Origin: Euprymna scolopes
Taxonomy: Eukaryota
DNA length: 64,000 bases
NCBI GenBank assembly: GCA_053919585.1
Contig: CM132790.1
Strand: one strand, 5' to 3'
Positions 61,401 to 64,000 of this stretch are shown piece by piece. Every line of letters starts with the position of its first letter. Position 1 is the stretch's first letter. The notes beneath the pieces were generated by a model. It searched no databases and was not told the origin of the DNA. It saw only the letters and a list, made by a program, of their open reading frames with translations. A program made the position numbers and the translations under genes.

Positions 61401-63238
61401 GTAGTAGCACCAGGTACCAATCCTGCCGGTGTGGTGGCTCCTGGTAAAACTCCTCCTGATGGTATAGTAGCACCAGATACCAATCCTGCCGGTGTGGTTG
61501 CTCCTGGTAAAAGTCCACCTGATGGTGTAGTAGCACCAGGTACCAATCCTGCCGGTGTGGTAGCTCCTGGTAAAAGTCCTCCTGCCGGTGTGGTTGCTCC
61601 TGGTAAAAGTCCACCTGATGGTGTAGTAGCACCAGGTACCAATCCTGCCGGTGTGGTAGCTCCTGGTAAAAGTCCTCCTGCTGGTGTAGTTGCTCCTGGT
61701 AAAAGTCCACCTGATGGTGTAGTAGCACCAGGTACCAATCCTGCCGGTGTGGTAGCTCCTGGTAAAAGTCCCCCTGCTGGTGTGGTTGCTCCTGGTAAAA
61801 GTCCTCCTGATGATGTAGTAGCACCAGATACCAATCCTGCCGGTGTGGTAGCTCCTGGTAGAAGTCCTCCTGCTGGTGTGGTTGCTCCTGGTAAAAGTCC
61901 ACCTGATGGTGTAGTAGCACCAGGTACCAATCCTGCCGGTGTGGTAACTCCTGGTAAAAGTCCTCCTGCTGGTGTAGTTGCTCCTGGTAAAAGTCCACCT
62001 GATGGTGTAGTAGCACCAGGTACCAATCCTGCCGGTGTGGTTGCACCTGGTAAAAGTCCACCTGATGGTGTTGTAGCACCAGGTACTAATCCTGCTGGTG
62101 TGGTTGCTCCTGGTAAAAGTCCTCCTGATGGTGTAGTAGCACCAGATACCAATCCTGCCGGTGTGGTAGCTCCTGGTAGAAGTCCTCCTGCTGGTGTGGT
62201 TGCTCCTGGTAAAAGTCCACCTGATGGTGTAGTAGCACCAGGTACCAATCCTGCCGGTGTGGTAACTCCTGGTAAAAGTCCTCCTGCTGGTGTAGTTGCT
62301 CCTGGTAAAAGTCCACCTGATGGTGTAGTAGCACCAGGTACCAATCCTGCCGGTGTGGTTGCACCTGGTAAAAGTCCACCTGATGGTGTTTTAGCACCAG
62401 GTACTAATCCTGCCGGTGTGGTAGCTCCTGGTAGAAGTCCTCCTGCTGGTGTGGTTGCTCCTGGTAAAAGTCCTCCTGATGGTGTAGTAGCACCAGGTAC
62501 CAATCCTGCCGGTGTGGTTGCTCCTGGTAGAAGTCCTCCTGCTGGTGTTGTTGCTCCTGGTAAAAGTCCACCTGATGGTGTAGTAGCACCAGGTACCAAT
62601 CCTGCCGGTGTGGTAGCTCCTGGTAAAAGTCCTCCTGATGGTGTTGTAGCACCAGGTACTAATCCTGCCGGTGTGCTTGCTCCTGGTGGAAGTCCTCCTG
62701 CTGGTGTGCTGGCACCTGGTAAAAATCCTCCTGATGGTGTAGTAGCACCAGGTACCAATCCTGCCGGTGTGGTTGCTCCTGGTAAAAGTCCACCTGATGG
62801 TGTAGTAGCACCAGGTACCAATCCTGCCGGTGTGCTTACTCCTGTTAAAAGTCGTCCTGATGGTGTAGTAGCACCAGGTACTAATCCTGCCGGTGTGCTT
62901 GCTCCTGGTAGAAGACCTCCTGGCGGTGTGGTAGCTCCTGGTAAAAGTCCTCCTGCTGGTGTGCTGGCACCTGGTAAAAGTCCTCCTGATGGTGTAGTCG
63001 CACCAGGTACTAATCCTGGCGGTGTGGTAGCTCCTGGTACGAGTCCTCCGGCTGGTGTGCTAGGTTGTGGCACGAGTCCTCCTAATGGTGTAGTTGCACC
63101 AGGTACTACCGCTTTAGGTGTTGTAACTCCTGGTACTAATCCCTCACTTGGCGTGCTGGCTCCTGGAACAAATCCTGCTGGTGTGCTGGCAACGGGTAAT
63201 GGTTTTATTGTAGTGGTTGCTTGCGGGCGAATTGTTGT
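1557..63238 (-). CDS. Internal part of a giant multi-exon mucin-like gene (split discoidin/F5-8C-like domains with internal G/P/A/T loops and Thr-rich linkers); 42 exons, about 5,350 aa in window, both ends outside
   Basis: Manual splicing: every exon has AG/GT ends, phases chain as C(1-0), A(0-1), B(1-1), and total length 16,051 nt = 3n+1 as required by a phase-0 start and phase-1 end. Confidence 0.9.
2413..2472. repeat. (TA)n microsatellite
   Basis: Directly visible. Confidence 0.97.
4356..4606 (-). CDS. Type-C exon (251 nt)
   Basis: ttctag|CT ACG TGT...CAG|gtaaat; adjacent to the assembly gap. Confidence 0.88.
4619..4755. other. Assembly gap (137 N)
   Basis: N run; the true size is unknown and could hide more exons or modules. 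Confidence 0.99.
4838..6949 (+). mobile_element. Degenerate, internally deleted Ty3/Gypsy-like LTR element
   Basis: Two diverged LTR-like copies (about 4838-5344 and 6659-6949) share CTCACCCATGCACAAGATAT and TTAGTGA..GCCACA; TGG follows the 5' LTR; purine tract GGGAGAGGGA precedes the 3' LTR; gag-like remnants ([28 protein letters not shown]). No pol and no clear TSD. Confidence 0.7.
7549..7674 (-). pseudogene. Type-B exon copy with mutated donor (GT>AT); probable pseudo-exon
   Basis: Acceptor intact, 126 nt open, but the 3' junction reads CCAC|ataatt where all other B exons have CCAC|gtaatt. Confidence 0.7.
8013..8621 (-). CDS. Expanded type-B exon (609 nt), 24-bp [16 protein letters not shown] repeats
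   Basis: ttttag|CT...CCAC|gtaatt; length 3n; ORF 7987..8595. Confidence 0.9.
8668..8735. repeat. (TA)n microsatellite
   Basis: Directly visible. Confidence 0.95.
8873..9459 (-). mobile_element. Non-autonomous Helitron
   Basis: On the minus strand A|TCTACATATCTATAAAAG...GC-rich subterminal motif...CTAG|T; no TSD. Confidence 0.72.
9653..10022 (-). CDS. Type-A exon (370 nt) with 33-bp [11 protein letters not shown] repeats
   Basis: tgacag|ACA...A|gttagt; length 3n+1. Confidence 0.88.
11024..11681 (-). mobile_element. Non-autonomous Helitron
   Basis: A|TC...CTAG|T ends; the paralogous intron near 50717-50750 shows the empty site TATTCATTAA|TTACTTAT with no duplication. Confidence 0.85.
12382..12632 (-). 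CDS. Type-C exon (251 nt)
   Basis: ttatag|CT TCA TGT...CAG|gtaaat. Confidence 0.9.
12736..18862 (-). mobile_element. Near full-length degenerate I-group LINE (ORF1 with CCHC knuckles; ORF2 APE-RT-RNase H), 11-bp TSD
   Basis: ORF1 [12 protein letters not shown] and [15 protein letters not shown]; [23 protein letters not shown]; RT QSGFR, LYVDDF; RNase H IYT(G)[26 protein letters not shown]. (CAAT)n tail at about 12736-12752. TSD CTGCTTTTATT at 12725-12735 and 18863-18873. Many frameshifts and stops. Confidence 0.93.
19138..19314 (-). CDS. Type-B exon, unit 1
   Basis: ttgtag|CT GTA...CCA C|gtaatt; 177 nt. Confidence 0.9.
19731..20190 (-). CDS. Type-A exon, unit 1
   Basis: tgacag|ACA ACG...ACA A|gtaagt; 460 nt. 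Confidence 0.9.
21002..21252 (-). CDS. Type-C exon, unit 1
   Basis: ttctag|CA ACA TGT CCG...ACT ACA|gtaaat; 251 nt. Confidence 0.9.
21638..21814 (-). CDS. Type-B exon, unit 2
   Basis: 177 nt, AG/GT. Confidence 0.88.
22231..22690 (-). CDS. Type-A exon, unit 2
   Basis: 460 nt, AG/GT. Confidence 0.88.
23508..23758 (-). CDS. Type-C exon, unit 2
   Basis: 251 nt, AG/GT. Confidence 0.88.
24143..24319 (-). CDS. Type-B exon, unit 3
   Basis: 177 nt, AG/GT. Confidence 0.88.
24736..25195 (-). CDS. Type-A exon, unit 3
   Basis: 460 nt, AG/GT. Confidence 0.88.
26010..26260 (-). CDS. Type-C exon, unit 3
   Basis: 251 nt, AG/GT. Confidence 0.88.
26646..26822 (-). CDS. Type-B exon, unit 4
   Basis: 177 nt, AG/GT. 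Confidence 0.88.
27239..27698 (-). CDS. Type-A exon, unit 4
   Basis: 460 nt, AG/GT. Confidence 0.88.
28516..28766 (-). CDS. Type-C exon, unit 4
   Basis: 251 nt, AG/GT. Confidence 0.88.
29152..29328 (-). CDS. Type-B exon, unit 5
   Basis: 177 nt, AG/GT. Confidence 0.88.
29745..30204 (-). CDS. Type-A exon, unit 5
   Basis: 460 nt, AG/GT. Confidence 0.88.
31022..31272 (-). CDS. Type-C exon, unit 5
   Basis: 251 nt, AG/GT. Confidence 0.88.
31658..31834 (-). CDS. Type-B exon, unit 6
   Basis: 177 nt, AG/GT. Confidence 0.88.
32251..32710 (-). CDS. Type-A exon, unit 6
   Basis: 460 nt, AG/GT. Confidence 0.88.
33526..33776 (-). CDS. Type-C exon, unit 6
   Basis: 251 nt, AG/GT. Confidence 0.88.
34162..34338 (-). 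CDS. Type-B exon, unit 7
   Basis: 177 nt, AG/GT. Confidence 0.88.
34755..35214 (-). CDS. Type-A exon, unit 7
   Basis: 460 nt, AG/GT. Confidence 0.88.
36031..36281 (-). CDS. Type-C exon, unit 7
   Basis: 251 nt, AG/GT. Confidence 0.88.
36667..36843 (-). CDS. Type-B exon, unit 8
   Basis: 177 nt, AG/GT. Confidence 0.88.
37260..37719 (-). CDS. Type-A exon, unit 8
   Basis: 460 nt, AG/GT. Confidence 0.88.
38537..38787 (-). CDS. Type-C exon, unit 8
   Basis: 251 nt, AG/GT. Confidence 0.88.
39162..39338 (-). CDS. Type-B exon, unit 9
   Basis: 177 nt, AG/GT. Confidence 0.88.
39755..40214 (-). CDS. Type-A exon, unit 9
   Basis: 460 nt, AG/GT. Confidence 0.88.
41030..41280 (-). CDS. Type-C exon, unit 9
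   Basis: 251 nt, AG/GT. Confidence 0.88.
41665..41841 (-). CDS. Type-B exon, unit 10
   Basis: 177 nt, AG/GT. Confidence 0.88.
42256..42607 (-). CDS. Type-A exon, array unit 10 (352 nt; 108 nt shorter than the others, in frame)
   Basis: gacag|ACA...A|gtaagt, length 3n+1. Confidence 0.88.
43345..43595 (-). CDS. Type-C exon, array unit 10
   Basis: 251 nt, [15 protein letters not shown]...FLKPTT. Confidence 0.9.
43658..45443 (+). mobile_element. Helitron-like element containing a nested mariner remnant
   Basis: 3' end GGCCCGACCAACGCCGGGTAGCCCTGCTAG|T (hairpin plus CTAG), after which host intron homology resumes; 5' TC boundary approximate. Confidence 0.65.
43950..44960 (-). mobile_element. 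Degenerate mariner transposase remnant
   Basis: [18 protein letters not shown]-terminus and [24 protein letters not shown] (YSPDL motif); frameshifted. Confidence 0.85.
45726..45902 (-). CDS. Type-B exon (177 nt)
   Basis: ttgtag|CT...CCAC|gtaatt; same length as the array B exons. Confidence 0.87.
46402..46676. repeat. Minisatellite, about 61-bp unit, about 4.5 copies
   Basis: TCTTCGCCGCCATCTTTGTTACTAGGAATTAC..AACACTCAAGATCGGAACTGCACTGA repeated. Confidence 0.9.
46838..46990 (+). mobile_element. Helitron-like 5' end fragment with (TATC)n
   Basis: TCTAT..TACATAAAAGG..TCTCTGTGTGT resembles the 5' end of the element at 11024-11681; no 3' end seen. Confidence 0.45.
47010..48780 (-). mobile_element. 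CR1/Jockey-like LINE fragment (APE plus N-terminal RT), degenerate
   Basis: [68 protein letters not shown]. Confidence 0.88.
48909..49037 (-). CDS. Type-B exon (129 nt)
   Basis: ttgtag|CT...CCAC|gtaatt; Thr-rich, length 3n. Confidence 0.85.
49703..49997 (-). CDS. Type-A exon (295 nt)
   Basis: aaacag|ACG...A|gtaagt; ends [12 protein letters not shown]. Confidence 0.9.
50340..50455 (-). pseudogene. 5S rRNA-derived sequence (5S pseudogene or SINE3 head)
   Basis: Minus strand GATCAACGAAGTCAAGCAACGT..GTTCAGTAGTTAAATGGGTGACC..GTACTGTA aligns with the animal 5S internal control region but carries many substitutions. Confidence 0.8.
51060..52476. repeat. Cluster of (TAA/ATT)n microsatellites at about 51060-51124, 51442-51520 (with AAC), 52197-52256 and 52429-52476
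   Basis: Directly visible. Confidence 0.93.
51521..51760 (+). mobile_element. 3' fragment of an RLE-type non-LTR element (R4/Dong-like) next to (TAA)n
   Basis: Translates [30 protein letters not shown], the typical C-terminal RLE motif. Confidence 0.72.
52530..52920 (-). mobile_element. 5'-truncated CR1/Jockey-like LINE 3' end
   Basis: [35 protein letters not shown], then a short UTR and an A-rich tail. Confidence 0.82.
53218..53468 (-). CDS. Type-C exon, N-terminal half-domain (251 nt)
   Basis: ctgtag|CA ACG TGT...CAG|gtaaat; reads [11 protein letters not shown]...EFLKPTQ. Confidence 0.9.
53660..53940 (-). mobile_element. Second RLE-type (R4/Dong-like) 3' fragment
   Basis: Minus strand [33 protein letters not shown]; boundaries approximate. 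Confidence 0.6.
54275..54400 (-). CDS. Type-B Thr-rich linker exon (126 nt)
   Basis: ttgcag|CT...CCAC|gtaatt; reads [16 protein letters not shown]. Confidence 0.85.
54992..55634 (+). mobile_element. Internally deleted mariner element with intact TIRs and TA TSD
   Basis: TA|CGAGGGGCGTGCAATAAGTAAT...ATTACTTATTGCACGCCCCTCG|TA; N-terminal [18 protein letters not shown] joined to C-terminal [16 protein letters not shown]. Confidence 0.95.
57073..57192 (-). CDS. Type-B Thr-rich linker exon (120 nt)
   Basis: ctttag|CA...CCAC|gtaatt; reads [22 protein letters not shown]; phase 1-1. Confidence 0.85.
57600..58380 (-). mobile_element. Tc1/mariner-superfamily transposase remnant
   Basis: Fragments [14 protein letters not shown] and [28 protein letters not shown] resemble ITm-family catalytic regions; heavily decayed, ends uncertain. 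Confidence 0.55.
58336..58426. repeat. Perfect inverted repeat, 44-bp arms and 3-nt loop
   Basis: 58336-58379 is the exact reverse complement of 58383-58426. Confidence 0.95.
58819..63238 (-). CDS. Giant type-A exon (4,420 nt): about 1,425 aa of PGATTP(A/S)G(G)L(L/V) repeats plus C-terminal half-domain (PDELVTIPP...[12 protein letters not shown])
   Basis: Acceptor ttttcag|ACA, donor A|gtaagt, length 3n+1; overlaps the 1444-aa ORF 58739..63073. Confidence 0.92.
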
Positions 63239-63825
63239 CTGAAAACAATTAACATAACAGGAATGTTAATATTATGCGATCAAATCTTACTTTATTTTAC
63301 TGTAATGCAATGTTTTATTTTTTATTTTTGTAGTGTAACCTGACACATGTTATGAAGTAATTACCTGTAAATGGTTACGAGAATTATATCATTGAACAAT
63401 GTATCTTAGGCTGCTTCATGCCATATAAGCAATAGTCAAAACTATTCAAAACATACATTTAAAAATAGTGCAGCGTTAAAATTTTTTTGTATACAAATTT
63501 GTTGTTTAAAATCTATAGGAGGATTAAATGTTTCCTACTGTAACAATGAAGAGGAAAAGTACGTATTATCATGTTGGAGGCCACTCGTTTTTTAGTGAAA
63601 AATTATTTATGCTTGTAGCTATAATTTTTTTAGGTGGCATTCATTTTTATATGAGGAGTAAAAACTGCTTTAAGAAATACGAATGGAGGAACACAGTTTT
63701 GAATTGCTTGAAAAATGATAGAAAACATTTGAGTTGAGATTTGTGATTTTGTCTTTCAGTGTTATTTAATAGGAGTTCCCTTTTTTCATTATAGAATTAC
63801 AAGTTATTTCAGCAAAAGCAGGAGA

Positions 63826-64000
63826 TTATGGAGTCAGGAATTGTGAGTTGAAGCAAAATATGATACCGCCTTTTGGTGAAAAATGTGATGTAGTGCGATG
63901 GGTGAAGAAAGTGAAATTGCAGGATAAGCAACAAATAGTATATAAAAACCTTACTAGTTTCATTCCACCTTTGCTGCACGGAGATACGCTTGTCGTTCTA
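63826..64000 (+). mobile_element. Probable LTR-retrotransposon gag start, degenerate, running off the window
   Basis: MIPPF..DVVRWVKKVKL..LTSFIPPLLHGD resembles Gypsy gag N-termini. Confidence 0.4.

Noticed and set aside
59476-62652. Gln/His-rich ORFs ([14 protein letters not shown] repeats)
   Set aside because: They are an alternative frame of the same repeat, broken by stops wherever a third-position variant occurs.
1557-63238. Assigning a named gene such as MUC2, MUC5AC, hemocytin or SCO-spondin
   Set aside because: No VWD, CysD, TIL, EGF or cystine-knot exon is visible and both termini are outside the window, so orthology cannot be supported.
59112-63242. 1376-aa plus-strand ORF (VVAPG repeats, superficially elastin-like)
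   Set aside because: It is the antisense shadow of the minus-strand repeat exon. Splice signals and the conserved half-domain are all on the minus strand, and the same shadow appears over every A, B and C exon.

Overview
AT-rich, microsatellite- and transposon-rich eukaryotic DNA from an invertebrate animal; the taxon cannot be fixed from sequence alone. The whole window lies inside one very large minus-strand gene whose start and stop are both outside it. I can splice 42 exons with GT/AG ends and consistent phases (16,051 nt, about 5,350 aa, no stop seen), plus one decayed exon. There are three exon types. Type C (always 251 nt, phase 1-0) encodes CPLVE(S/N)MEDD...GW...[12 protein letters not shown]. 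Type A (phase 0-1) encodes a Gly/Pro/Ala/Thr repeat followed by [10 protein letters not shown]...VKISTKIC. Type B (phase 1-1) encodes a Thr-rich linker. Read together, C and the end of A look like the two halves of one divergent F5/8 type C (discoidin-like) domain with one Cys at each end, interrupted by a mucin-like loop of about 46 to about 1,425 aa. The predicted product is therefore a beads-on-a-string mucin-like protein whose beads each carry an internal, probably disulfide-closed, mucin loop. Ten modules (about 18.9-43.6 kb) form a near-identical tandem array with a period of about 2.5 kb, introns included. Introns outside the array hold a full-length degenerate I-group LINE with TSD, Helitrons, mariner/Tc1 remnants, a deleted Gypsy element, CR1/Jockey-like and R4/Dong-like fragments, a 5S-derived repeat and a perfect 44-bp hairpin.
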